From positions 10,899,181 through 10,963,180 of the forward strand of contig NC_057720.1 of NCBI RefSeq assembly GCF_004010195.1: a stretch of DNA of 64,000 bases. Direction: 5' to 3'. Shown piece by piece: positions 39,942-51,999 of this stretch. The first letter of the stretch is position 1; the number at the start of each line of letters is the position of its first letter. Position numbers and translations under genes: made by a program. The stretch is from Chiloscyllium plagiosum (lineage: Eukaryota). The notes under the pieces are model-generated. The model saw nothing but the letters and a program-made list of their open reading frames with translations, made no database searches and was not told where the DNA came from.

Positions 39942-40505
39942 TAGAACATAGAACATAGAAGAATACAGCGCAGTACAGGCCCTTCGGCCCTCGATGTTGC
40001 GCCGATCCAAGCCCACCTAACCTACACTAGCCCACTATCCTCCATATGCCTATCCAATGCCCGCTTAAATGCCCATAATGAGGGAGATTCCACCACTGCT
40101 ACTGGCAGGGCATTCCATGAACTCACGACTCGCTGAGTAAAGAACCTACCCCTAACATCTGTCCTATACCTACCCCCCTTAATTTAAAACTATGCCCCCT
40201 TGTAATAGCTGACTCCATACGTGGAAAAAGATTCTCACTGTCGACCCTATCTAAACCCCTAATCATCTTGTACACCTCTATCAAGTCACCCCTAAACCTT
40301 CTTTTCTCCAATGAAAACAACCCCAAGTGCCTCAGCCTTTCCTCATACGATCTTCCTACCATACCAGGCAACATCCTGGTAAACCTCCTCTGCACCCATT
40401 CCAGTGCCTCCACATCCTTCCAAAACTGCACACAATACTCCAGGTGCGGCCGCACCAGAGTCTTATACAACTGCAACATGACCTCAGTACTCCGGAACTC
40501 AATTT
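39942..40505 (-). mobile_element. CR1-clade LINE 3' end with a (agaacat)n tail
   Basis: LYKTLVRPHLEYCVQFW...RGDLIEVYKMIRG. Confidence 0.9.
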
Positions 40506-41199
40506 TGACTGAGGGGTAACTTAACTGAGTTGTACAAAAATAATAAGGTGGGTGCAGACAGTTAAAGTCATTTTCCCCCAAGCACAGAGGTCAACTTTAG
40601 CAGAGGGCATAATTAAAAGCATTAGAGTGGCCCTGAGGAAAATCTTATTCACCCAGAGAGTCTGGGATTTGTCACACAGCTTGAGGTGGAAACACTGAAT
40701 TCAATAAACAAGAATTGGATCTACACCTGCTAAGCTACAGATCAGGCGTTGGGAAGTGAGGATTAGAATTATTCTGCCAGCGCAGACATGATTCACTGAA
40801 TGACTCTTTCTGTGGCAGATCTCTTCTATTGTCCTATACATCCAGTTCCTCATCCACAGTTCGCTTCAAAGAGTCAATCCTTACCCTGGGGGTTACCTCC
40901 ACCTCATGTCCAGTTGCATCACACAAATTCTGCTTGTGAGTTTGAGGACTCCACTGTCTCATAGCATGAAGTATCAATGCTCACAGGTTTCTGCTGAGCC
41001 CCCAACACAACCAGCGATTATCCAACTTTTTCAGTTCACAAAAATGTTTTCCGCGTTCTGACTTCACCACTTAACCTACTCAGTAATTCCCAGAATTTCT
41101 ATCCACATGGAGCCACCCACAGCTTTGAACTCTTCATTGGGGCTGCACTTAGGGAGGAAATTTCAGGGAGTACATCCAAAGAACTTATTTGGCTGGTTC

Positions 41200-43705
41200 T
41201 GAGAAATAAGAAAGTGGGATTGTTCTATAATTGCCTGATAGTTAGCAGGATATTGAGAAGCAAATTTCTAAGGAGTTATCTGTAAGAATAATAGGGTGGT
41301 AATGGTAGAGGATTTTAACTTTCCAATCATAGAGTGGGACCACCATTGTGTTAAGGGTTCAAATGGAGAGAAATTTGTTAAGTATGTACAAGAACATTTT
41401 CTTATTCAGTATGTGGATGTAACTGCTAGAGATGAATCAAAACCTGACCTACTCTTAAGAAATAAGGCAGGTGTCAGAGGTATCAGTGGGGAAGCACTTT
41501 GGGACAAGTGATCATAATTCTATCAGTTTTAAAATAGTTAAGGAAAAGGAAAGACCTGATCTAAAAGTCAGAGATCTAAATTGAAGAAAGGCCAATTTTG
41601 ACAGTATTCTGCAATAACTTTCAAAATTTGATTGGGGGCAGGTATTCACAAGTAAAGGGATGGCTGGAAAATGGGAAGCTTTCAAAAATGAGATAAGGAG
41701 AGTTCAGAGACAGTATGTCCCTGTCGGGGTAAAGGGCAAGAATGGTAAATGTAGGGAATGCTGGATGACTAGAGAATCTAAGGTTCTGGTCAAGAGAACA
41801 GAGAGGCATATGTCAAGCACACAGTAGTTGATTGAGTGAATCCCCAGAAGAGTATAAGGCGTAGTAGGAGTATATTTAAGAGGGAAATCAGGAGGGCAAC
41901 AAGGGGACATGATTTAGCTTCAGCAAATAGTTAAGGAGACAAATATATTAAGGACAAAGGGTAGCTAGGGAGAGAATAGAGCCGCTTAAAGATCAGCAAG
42001 GCTGCCTATGTGTGCAACCGCAAGACATGGGGGAAGATACTAAACGAGTATGTTGCATCAGTGTTTACTGTGGAGAAGGATATGGAAGCTAGAGAATTAG
42101 AATTAGATTCCCTACAATATGGAAACAGGCCCTTCGGCCCAACAAGTCCACACCGACCCTCTGAAGAGTAACCCACCCACACCCACTCCTCTCCCCTATA
42201 CTTCACCCCTGACTAATGCACCTAACACAATGGGCAATTTAGCACGGCCAATTCATCTGACCTGCACATCTCTGGATTGTGGGAGGAAACCACAGCACCT
42301 GGAGGAAACCCAAGCAGACACGGGGAAAATGTGCAAACTCTGCACAGACAGTTGCCCGAGGCTGGAATCGAACCCAGGCCCCTAGCGCTGTGAGGCAGCA
42401 GTGCTAATCAATGAGCCACCGTGCTGCCCACTTGGGGAAATAAACAGCAACATCTTGAAAAGTGTCCAAACTACAGAGGAGGAATTGTCGAACATCTTAA
42501 AATCCTGGGACCGGATCAAATTGACCCAGGAAGCTGGGGAAGTGATTGCTGGGCCCTTTGCTGAGATACTTAAATCATCGATAGCCATGGGTGAGGTGCC
42601 AGAAGACTGGAGGGTGGCTAACATAGTGTCACTACATGAGAAAGGTGATAAGGAAAAGCCAGGCACCTATAGACTGGTGAGCCTTATATCGGTGGTAGGC
42701 AAGTCATTGGAGAGGATTCTGAGGGGCAGGGTTTACATACATTTGGAAAGGCAAGGACTGATTAGGGATAGCCAACATGGCATTGCATGGGGGAAATCTT
42801 GTCTCACTTACTTGATTGACTTTTTTGAAGAAACGATGAAGAGGACTGATGAAGGCAGAGCACTGGACATTGTCTATATTGATGTCAGTAAAGCATTTGA
42901 CAAGGTACCACATGGTAGACTGGTTAGCAAGGTTAGATCACACGGAATATAGGGAGAACTAATCATTTGGATACAAAATTGCCAGAAGATTGGTAGATAC
43001 AAGGGTGGTGGTGGACTGTTACTATTCGGACTGGAGGTTTGTAATTAACAGGTACTGCATGGATAAATTTATTTCTCCACCCTGGAGGGTCCCTGCCTCT
43101 ATTCCTGATGAAGGGCTTTTGCCCGAAACGTCGATTTTCCTGCTCCTCGGATGCTTGCCTGACCTGCTGTGCTTTTCCAGCACCACTCTGATCTAAACTC
43201 TGGTTTCCAGCATCTGCAGTCCTCACTTTTGCCTGCATGAATTGGTGCTGAGTCCTCTGCTTTTTGTCATTTATATAAATGATTTGGATGTGAACATAGG
43301 AGGTATGGTTCGTAAATTTGCAGATGACACCAAAATTGGAGGTGCAATGGACGGAAAAGAAGGCTACTTCAGAATACAGCAGGATCTTGATCAGATGGGC
43401 CGAAGAGTGGCAGATGGAGTTTAATTTAGCTAAACATGAGGTGCTGCATTTTGGAAAGGGATATCAGAGCAAGACTTAGACACTTAATGGTAAGGTCCTG
43501 GGGAATGTTGCTGAACAAAGAGACCTTGGAGTGCAGGTTCATAGCTCCTTGAAAGTAGAGTCACAGGTAGGCAGGGCAGTGAACAAGGCATTTGGTATGC
43601 TTGCCTTTACTGGTCAATACATTGAGTACAGGAGTTTGGAGATCATGTTGAAGGTGTACAGGACATTGGTAAGACCACTTTTGGAATACGGTGTTCAATT
43701 CTGTA
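41200..43705 (+). mobile_element. Long CR1 LINE fragment with a nested SINE (about 42095-42430) and a family A element (about 43065-43232)
   Basis: DFNFP.I.W endonuclease; ORF 42401-42952 RT; KFADDTK. Confidence 0.88.
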
Positions 43706-43714
43706 TTCCTGCTA

Positions 43715-44040
43715 TGTTGTAATTGTATTAGCCTCCACCACTTCCTCAGGTGGCTCATTCCATACACAGCCAGCTTCTGTGTGAAAAAGTTGCCCCTCTG
43801 AGCCTTTTTTAAATCTTTCCCCTCTCATCTTAAACCTATGCCCTCCACTTTTTGGACCCCTCGACCCGTGCCCCTCATAATTTTATAAACCTCTGTAAGG
43901 TCACTCCTCAGCCTCCTATGCTCAAGGGAAAGCAGCCCCAGCCTGTTCAGCCTCTCCCTGTAGCTCAAACCCTCCAATCCTGGCAACATCCTTGTAAATT
44001 TTTTCTGAATCCTTTCAAGTTTCACAACACTTTTCCTATA
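43715..44040 (-). mobile_element. CR1 3' fragment, inverted relative to the preceding copy
   Basis: LERIQKKFTRMLPGLEGLSY. Confidence 0.85.
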
Positions 44041-44868
44041 CCTGAATGCCCAGAACTTTAATTGGATCATGGGAATGCCACTGCTCCATTACTTCCCACA
44101 AATAGAAAGACTGCAATTTTCATGTTTAGATTAAATCAGCAGAGATCTCTATTGCACCAATATCTAGACTGGTATTTTAGATAAAGTCACATCATAAATC
44201 CAGATTGTTGATTGACAGTGAAAATTTCAACTCCAGTTAAATTAAGAGAAAAAAAGTCCTAATGAAGATATCTTTTGCCATTTAAATATTTCATCACTAA
44301 TGTATTGAATAAATATTTCACACCATTAACTACTGGTCTCCATCACTAAGTTGAAATTTAAATCAGGCAAATTACCAGTAGGACAGATTGTTTTGTGTAA
44401 TTCACGGCTGGATGGTGAAGAAGTTGTATGTTAATACCATTGAATGACCCACTGCCTGATATCCATGGACACTACAAGACAGTGAACGTCTCTGTGAACG
44501 TGTGCATTGGAGTACCACTGAAAGCTGGCACACTGGTCAAATTGCTTAGTCACTTTGGATGCACCAAGGCTGTGGCAGGGACCACAAATGCAGTTCACCG
44601 ACAGACTTAAAGTCATAAAATGTCAGATGGGGAACCTCCAACAAGTTTCTTTGTACAACTGGGTATAATGTCAGGTGGGAGTTGTGTACTTGTTGAGCCT
44701 GAAGGACTGAGCGGTTCAAGGGGAAATGATGAAAATCACTGTGTACAATAATTTTACAAAGTGAAATGTGACTGTAAAAGCAAGGAGCTAAAAAGCAACA
44801 ATTTCTAATTGCCCTCCACCAGAAGTTGCAAAATTATTAACTTTCTCTTTCTGTTTCCAGCTCTGTAC

Positions 44869-44963
44869 CTTCTGAGAAAAGGCAGCTTCCTCCAACTGAC
44901 AAAGACCATTTTCCACAGCAGCCAGATCTTGGTCAACTTTGGAGAGTTGTATTTGCAGTCACT
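44869..44963 (-). pseudogene. TRIM exon 2 (coiled coil), 95 nt, apparent 1-nt deletion
   Basis: ctccag|..LQIQLSKVDQDLAAVENGLCQLEEAAFSQK|gtacag; the usual TRIM exon 2 is 96 nt. Confidence 0.75.
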
Positions 44964-45859
44964 CTGGAGAATAGTGGACATTGATAGCATTAAAAACAGT
45001 CACCAAATGAAAGCGAAACTAAACATTCCAAAACTTATATAATATTAACTTACCTAACAAAAGTTAAAATTTGCATCGTAAAATAAACAGGAAGTGTATT
45101 TAGTCATTCAGGACATGAATACTGAATAGGAGAAAATGAGGACTGCAGATGCTGGAGATCAGCATCGAGAGTGTGCTTTTCCAGCACCACACTCTCGACC
45201 ACGAATATCGAATCCCTTCAGTACAGAAAGAAGCCACTTGGTCAATTGGTCTGTGCTGATCCTCAGAAGAGCATCCCACCTAGACACACTCGCCCACTCT
45301 ATCCGCACAACCCCTCAATTACTATGGAAAATCCACCTCGCCTGCACATCTTTGGTCTGGGGAGGAAACCGGCAGAAACCCATGCAGACACGGGGAGATT
45401 ATACCAACTTCACACACACAGTCACCCAAAACTAGAATCGAACCTAGGTCCCTGGCACCATGAGGCAACAGTACTAACCACAGAACTGCCCAAATATTGC
45501 TGTGGAAACATATTCTGCTGAAACTCTTTTTCTTGCAGTTGGGACAACTTAGTTCATCATGCCAACATTGGCACTACAGACAAACTATCCACTTAGTTTA
45601 AAACCCCTATAATATGTTTTTCTCTACAATACTCCAGTTCCATTTTGAAAGTAACTGTTGAATCTGCTTCCACAATTCTTTCAGATACTTCACAGTGCAA
45701 GAAACATTCTCATCTTCTGGTTCTTTCACAAATTCTTTAGATTTACACGGTGTCTGGTTCTCTGGCCAAGAGAAAGTTCCTCTTTATTTACTCCATCGAG
45801 AAACCCTACAATTTTGAAGACCAATTAAACTTTCTGTGCTTTGAGTGCAATCTGAAGAG

Positions 45860-46043
45860 TCTAGATTAGAGTAGTGCTGGAAAAGCACAGCAGGTCAGTC
45901 AGCATCAGCACATTCCTGATGAAGGGCTTTTGCCTGAAATCTCGATTTTCCTGCTTCTCAGATGCTGCCTGACCTGCTGTACTTTTCCAGCACCACTGTA
46001 ATCTAGACTCTCCAGCATCTGCAGTCCTTACTTTCGCCTCCAG
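45860..46043. mobile_element. Family A element with an inverted arm
   Basis: TSD tctgaagag at 45851-45859 and 46044-46052. Confidence 0.78.
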
Positions 46044-46330
46044 TCTGAAGAGCCCAAGTCACTCTTCATTATTAAACTAACTGAAAACATAAAAGCAAAG
46101 TGCAGGAAATCTGAAATAAAGATGCTGGAAATGTGCATGTCTGGCAGCATCGGAGTAACAGAAAACTCTGCTCCTTTGTCCACATGGTTATAAATCACAC
46201 GGTCCAAGGTTATAGTACAACAGATTTATTTGAAATCACAGGCTTTACCTGATGAAGGAGCAGCACTGTGAAAGCTCATGATTTTGAAAAAAAAAACCTG
46301 TTGGACTGTAACCTGGCATCATGTTTTCTG

Positions 46331-46908
46331 GAAGAGAAAGTGAGGTCTGCAGATGCTGGAGATCAAAGTTGAAACTTTATTGCTGGAACAGCACAGCAGG
46401 TCAGGCAGCATCCAGGGAACAGGAGATTCGACGTTTCGGGCACAGGCCCTTCTTCAGGAATGAGCAGACAGTGTTCAGCAGGAGAAGATAAAAGGTAGGG
46501 AGGAGGGACTTGGAGGAGGGGCATTGGAAATGTGATAGGTGGAAAGAGGTCAAGGTGAGGGTGATAGGTCGGAGTAGGATGGAGGCGGAGAGGTCAAGAA
46601 GAAGACTGCAGGTCAGGAAGGCGGTGCCGGGCTGGAGGGATCCGGCTGAGACAAGGTGGGGGGAGGGGGGATGAAGAAACTGGTGAAGTCCAAGTTCATC
46701 CCCTGCGGTTGGAGGGTTCCCAGTCGGAAGATAAGACGCTCCTCCTCCGACCGTCGGGTTGTTGTGGTTTGGCGGTGGATGAGTCCAATGACCTGCATAT
46801 CCTCGGTGGAGTGGGAGGGGGAGTTGAAATGCTGTGCTACAGGTTGGTTGGGTTGGTTCGTCCGGGTGGCCCAGAGGTGCTCTCTGAATCGCTCCGCAAG
46901 TAGGCTCA
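46331..46908 (-). mobile_element. Penelope-like 3' fragment (GIY-YIG C-terminus and hammerhead terminus) nested in a family C element
   Basis: LAERFREHL...EEERLIFRLGTLQPQGMN; 13-bp TSD atcatgttttctg at 46318-46330 and 46909-46921. Confidence 0.88.
46426..46461 (-). ncRNA. Minimal type I hammerhead ribozyme motif (family A)
   Basis: ATTC-CTGAAGA-A-GGGC-CTGT-GCCC-GAAA-C-GTC^GAAT: intact core with paired stems I and II. Confidence 0.75.
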
Positions 46909-47909
46909 ATCATGTTTTCTGACCTTGTCCACTCCAGTCCAAACACTGGCACCTCCAAATCATTTGTTCACATGATGAATTTTATGAATAAAGTATATTT
47001 TTGAAGTTAAAAAATTAACTGTTTTTTCTCCACAGATACTGTTTGACCTGCTAAGCTTTTCCAGCAATTTTTATCACCTTTTCCCGGTCTGCGTATGATC
47101 CCAGACCCTGGGTGTGATCCCAGACCCTGGACAACACAGGTAACTCTTTACTAACCTCTGAAATAACCCAATAACCTACAAGGTTCAGAGGGCAATTAGG
47201 AATGGGGACCAACAGTGTGGCCTGTGAAAGACCATATTGAAAGCGCAACACGATACAGTCAGAGTTGTACAGAAACATAATCTTCAGTCCAACTTGTCCG
47301 TGCCAACCTGATATCCTAACCTAATCTAGTCCCATTTAGCAGCACTTGGTCCATACCCCTCTGAACTTTTCCTATTCATGTACCCATGAATATGATGCTC
47401 GCCATGATGTGGAGGAGTCGGTGTCGGACTGGAGTGGACAAAGTTAAAAATCAAGGTTAGTGTGGTGCTGGAAAAACACTGCAGGTCAGGCAGCATCTGA
47501 GGAGCAGGAAAATCGATGTTTTGGGCTTGATGCCATGGATTTGAAGGGTCCCGAGGCAGAAGATGAGGCGTTCTTCCTCCATGCGTTTGGTGGTGAGGGA
47601 GTGGCGGTGGAGGAGACGCAGGACCTGCATGTCCTCGGCAGAGTGGGAGGGGGAGTTGAAACGTTTGGCCATGGGGCGGTTGGGTTGATTGGTGCAGGTA
47701 AACCAGACATGTTCTCTGAAGCGCTCTGCGAGTAGTTAATAGAAAAGTTAAAGTCACACAACACTAGGTTACAGTCCAACAGTTTATTTGAAAGCACTAG
47801 CTTTCGGAGGACTGCTGGTGTTGTGTGATTTTTAACTTTTAAAATGCTATAATTGTACCAGCCTTCACCACTTCCTCTGGCAGCCAGAAAGAAGGTTCCA
47901 CCGACTCAT

Positions 47910-48624
47910 CTTGATATTAGAGGTAGCGTCAGTCAGTTTGACTACCTGGTGGTCCTGGTGAGATGCCTCACCTGGTAACATGCAGTAGGCACACAGCGGG
48001 CATTGTGGGTCTGGCAGTAGAGCTCCAAATCTTTGCCGTGCTGCTTGCACAGACAGCTACTTTGGTAGGTCAGCCTGACCAGGACGTGGTGGTGGAAAGC
48101 CGGGTTCTCCTGGTGGGGCAGGAGGTGCAGGGCACAAAAAGACTCCCCGCAGTTGACACAGGTCCTGGAGGCCTGGGTTCTCTTTAGGCCCTTGCACAGG
48201 TTCACAGCCAGGAGTGGCGGCCTCCCCCCCCCCCCCGCCTGCCACAGCCACTCGATGAGGTTGTGCAGAGTCACATTCCTCCTCAGCTCCAGGCTCACAT
48301 CCCAGCTCGCCAGGCAAAGGGGGCACGTGTAGCTGGGCATCCCCCTCAGGAGGTGTTGGCACTCTCTCCATCTGAGTCCCATGCCCAGCACTTGAGTTGC
48401 GCCACGCAGCCGCTGCAGAAGCTGTGGCCGCACGGCAGGGGAACCCAGTCCACCAGGATATCCCAGCAAACCGCACAGAGCAGCTCCGCATTCAGGGCTT
48501 TTTTATAATTTCAAAAAATATATTTTATTCATAAAATATTTTGATGATCTGTACAATTGGTCATGCCATACATCCGTAAACATTACATTTCTTGGTATAC
48601 AGAGACAGAGTAAAGGGCTTGCAT
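47910..48624 (-). pseudogene. TRIM exon 1: RING and two B-boxes (disrupted)
   Basis: MQA[insert]LNAELLCAVCWDILVDWVPLPCGHSFCSGC, then stop/frameshift near 48346, then YTCPLC...RRNVTLHNLIE...CVNCGESFCALHLLPH...CKQHGKDLELYCQT, frameshift near 48003, then CPLCAYC..H.DHQVVKL; donor reads AAG|atgagt. Confidence 0.88.
48501..48613 (-). mobile_element. Short retroelement 3' tail inserted in TRIM codons 2-4
   Basis: Flanked by the direct repeat agggctt (48494-48500, 48614-48620); ends AATAAA...aaaaaa on the minus strand; similar tail at about 46975-47014. Confidence 0.8.
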
Positions 48625-48839
48625 CGCTACCAGCTCCCCCTCCCCTCCAACAGCCAACCGAGAACCTGAGCGGCAGCTCCTGGGGAAAGGGAAACACTGT
48701 TACTATCATTGTTTCCACTTGCACTCTCCCGGATACAATGTATCCCCGGAAACCGCGGATACACTCGGAGAGTCCTTAATACATAGACCACACCCGCAAC
48801 TGCTCCGGGTTTGGAAATGTGTGAGCCCCAGCCCTCCGA

Positions 48840-49209
48840 TTCTGGGACAGATCCGGATCCAGTCTGACTGACTGGATCCAGTCTCCAGATCCTGATCCCT
48901 TCCGGGTTTTGGCCAGATCCAGCTGCTCCTGGTCCAGACTTGAATTTGCTCCCATTCCATCTGCTCCTGATCCAGTCTTGGATCTGCTCCCGTTCCACAG
49001 TCTTCTCTTTCAGAATTGGATTTGCTCCCATTCCATCTGCTCTTGATCCGGACCTGGATTTGCTCCCATTCCACCTGCTCCTGACCAGACCTGGATCTGC
49101 TCCCATTCCACCTACTGCTGATCCAGACCTGAATGTGCTCCTACTCCACCTGCTCCGGATCTGGACTGGGAACTGTATTTGCTCCACTGCTCCTGATTTG
49201 GATCTGACC
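48840..49209. repeat. Degenerate minisatellite, left part (units of about 35-40 bp, ggatctgctcccattcca...)
   Basis: Repeated gatttgctcccattccatctgctcctgatccag units. Confidence 0.75.
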
Positions 49210-51163
49210 TCGTCAGGTCCCTAGTCCTCGCCTACCATCCCATCAACATTCACATCCAGAGGGTCAGCTGCCTTTTCCACTACCTCCATGAGATGCCACC
49301 ACCAGAGACATATTCCCTTCCTCTCCACTGTCAGCTTTCCACAAGAACCATTCCCTCCAGACACTCTGGTCCACTCATCCTTCATTCCCAACACTCAGTA
49401 TCCAAACACACCTTCCAGGTGAAGCCGTGATTTACCTGCACTTCACTCAATGTAGTCAACTGCATTCGCTGCTGACAATGTGGTCTCCTCTACACTGGGG
49501 AAACGAAGTGTAGACTGGATGACCATTTCACAGAAAGTCTACATTCTGTCTGCAAAAAAGACCCTGAGCTTTCAGTTGCCTGACACTTCAACACACCACT
49601 GTGTCCCCTGGCCAATATCTCTGTCTCGGGCTTGCTGCAGTGCTCCAGTGAAGTTCAGCACAAGCTGGGAGAACAGCACCTCATTTTCTGCTTTGGAATA
49701 CTACAACCTTCTGGACTCAATATCAACATCACTAACTTTGGGGCCGAGGCACCTTCTCCCATGTCCTTACCCCAAGCCCCACACACTAGGCCTTGTTATC
49801 ATATGGTCTGCTATAACATTGTTAGCCACTAACAATCCCCATTAGAAGCCGTTCATTCTCCTAGGCTGACAGTGATCCACAAGGAGATAATGAGGACTGC
49901 AGATGCTGGAATAACACAGCAGGTCAGGCAGCATCGGAACAGTAGGAAAATCGACGTTTCAGACATAAGCCCTTCAACAGGAATATGGCATGGGGTAGAG
50001 ATAAATAGAAGGTTGGGGGTAGGGCTGGCATTGGCAAGGTTGCTGGGAAGGCAATAGGTGGATGCAGGAGCAAGCTGATTGTTATAGGTCAGTGGGGAGG
50101 GTAGAGTAGATAGGTGGGAAGGAAGCTGGACAGTGGAACAGATCAAGAGCGTAGTGTTGAGTTAGAGGGTTGAATCTGGAATGAGGTGGGAGAGGGGAGA
50201 TTTGGAAACTAGTGAAGTTGATGCTGATGTCATGTGGTTGAAGATTCCCAAGGCAAAAGATGGGGCGTTCTTTCTCCAGTCATTAGGTGGCTTGGATTTG
50301 ACGGTGGAGGAGGCCCAGGACTTGCATGTCCTTGGTGGAATGGGAGGGAGCATTGAAGTGTTTGGCCACAGGGCAGTGGGATTGCTTGGAACGTGTGTCC
50401 CAGAGATGTTCCCTGAAATGGTCCATGAGTTGGCATCCTATTTCCCTGATGTAGGGGAGACCACATCAAGAGCGAAAGACACAGTAGATGAGGTAGATGG
50501 ATGGGCAGGAAAGACTTTGCCAGATGTGGAAAGATTCTTTGGGGCCTTGGACAGAGGTGAGGAGGGAGGTGTAGGAGCAGGTTTTATACCTCGTGCAGTG
50601 GCAAGGGAAGGTGCCGGTTGTGGAGGATGGGTTGTGGGGGGTGTGGACCTAAGAAGGGAGTCACAGAGGTAATGGTCTCTGCGGAACGCAGATAGGAATC
50701 AGGAGGCAGTATGTCTCTGGTGGAGGGATCTGATTGTAGGCAGCAGAAGTGCAGCAGCGCTGCATCCGGAGATTATTGGGGTGGAAGGTGAGGACCAGAG
50801 GGGTTCTGTCTGTGTTGCAGTTGGAGGGGTGGGCTCAAAGACGGAGAAGCACTGGGGGGCATTGTTGATCACATTCGAGGGGAATACGTGGTCCTTGAAA
50901 TAAGACGATCCATCATTTTGTCCAACTGCTCTTCTCTCTCTCTCTCTGGGGTCTATCTCCACCGAAGAATTACCCCTTCCCTCCGCCCTATCTTCTGCAT
51001 AAAAAAAAACTTTATTCTAGCTACCATCAGTTCTGAGGAGGGGTCACTGGATCTGAAACATTAACTGTGATTTCTCTCCAGAGACATGCTGCGTTTTTCT
51101 AGCAGTAGATGTTTTGGACGTGGATTCTGGATTATAGTGGTGCTGCAAGAGCACAGCAGTTCA
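49210..51163. mobile_element. Composite Penelope-like insertion splitting the minisatellite
   Basis: GIY-YIG remnants on both strands, two hammerhead-type termini, flanked by ggatctgacc (49200-49209, 51164-51173). Confidence 0.75.
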
Positions 51164-51570
51164 GGATCTGACCCCACTGCTCCCATTCCTAGTTTGGATT
51201 CCCACCCCAGTGCTCCTGGAAAGCTCCTAGTCCGGATCAGAGTCCGTTCCTCCTCCTGTTCGGATTCTCTCCACTGCAATGGTCTGCTCCCACTCCACCC
51301 GTTCTTGGTTCGGATTTGGAACCGGATTCGCTCCACCGCTCCTGCTCTGGATTTGGGATCTGTCCCCAGTGTTCCTAATCCTGGACTGGATTCCCTCCCA
51401 CTGTTCCTGATCCGCTCCCATTCCGGATTGAGTCCTCTCCTACTCCGGTCCCAATGCTCCGGGTCCGGATTGCAATCGGATCTGCCTCCCGCTGCTCCTA
51501 TTCCTGGACTGGATTCGCTCCCGGGGGGATTCCTATTCCGGTTGGGATCTGCATTGGGTGCTCCCGCCAC
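51164..51570. repeat. Degenerate minisatellite, right part
   Basis: Related ctgctcccattcc / ctggattc units. Confidence 0.65.
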
Positions 51571-51604
51571 TGGCGGAAAACAAGGTCCCAAAATGTAAAA
51601 GGAG

Positions 51605-51650
51605 CCAATCAGCGGCGAGCCCTCGGTGCCCAGCAACAGCTGCTAGAGAC
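51605..51650 (+). promoter_or_regulatory. CpG-rich promoter with CCAAT box and two RFX X-box-like motifs
   Basis: CCAAT 51605-51609; GTGCCCAGCAAC 51626-51637; GCTGCTAGAGAC 51639-51650; CpG-rich context; possible non-coding exon donor near 51675. Confidence 0.6.
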
Positions 51651-51999
51651 GCGGCTTGGCCCGGGCTCCGGAGGGTGATCGTGCCCCGGGGGCTGGGGGG
51701 TATCCGAAGCTGAATGTGACCGGAGCAAGAACTGGGGGGACCCTCTTCCCAAACCATGGCTGCATTTATCTAGAGCCTGCAGAGAGGTGCGTCCGATCTA
51801 ACTGGTGTTTGATAAAGTCAGGCCTGACAGTAAAACTGAACCCGAGCAATGTCAGGCTCAGCACAGATTATCAACTTGGCTTAGTGACGGGAAACACAGT
51901 GTTGCTGGTGAAAGGTTACACTTTCCGACTGGGGAAGGTCACTGCTTACTCCCTTTCCATGATCGGCGCGTAAAGGTAAGTTACCAGAGTCTCACCTGT

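Larger units (their letters stand above)
28734..48624 (-). pseudogene. TRIM (RING-B-box1-B-box2-coiled-coil-PRY/SPRY; TRIM25/TRIM16/finTRIM-like) pseudogene
   Basis: Six recognisable exons with TRIM-type structure; disabled by an insertion, frameshifts, a nonsense codon and a lost splice donor. Confidence 0.85.

Noticed and set aside
48627-49224. 186-aa and 122-aa ORFs with repeated SRWNGS / MEWEQIQ
   Set aside because: Translations of the minisatellite; no splice or homology support
51061-51636. 191-aa and 170-aa ORFs
   Set aside because: GC-rich minisatellite and promoter sequence, open on both strands, with no recognisable domain
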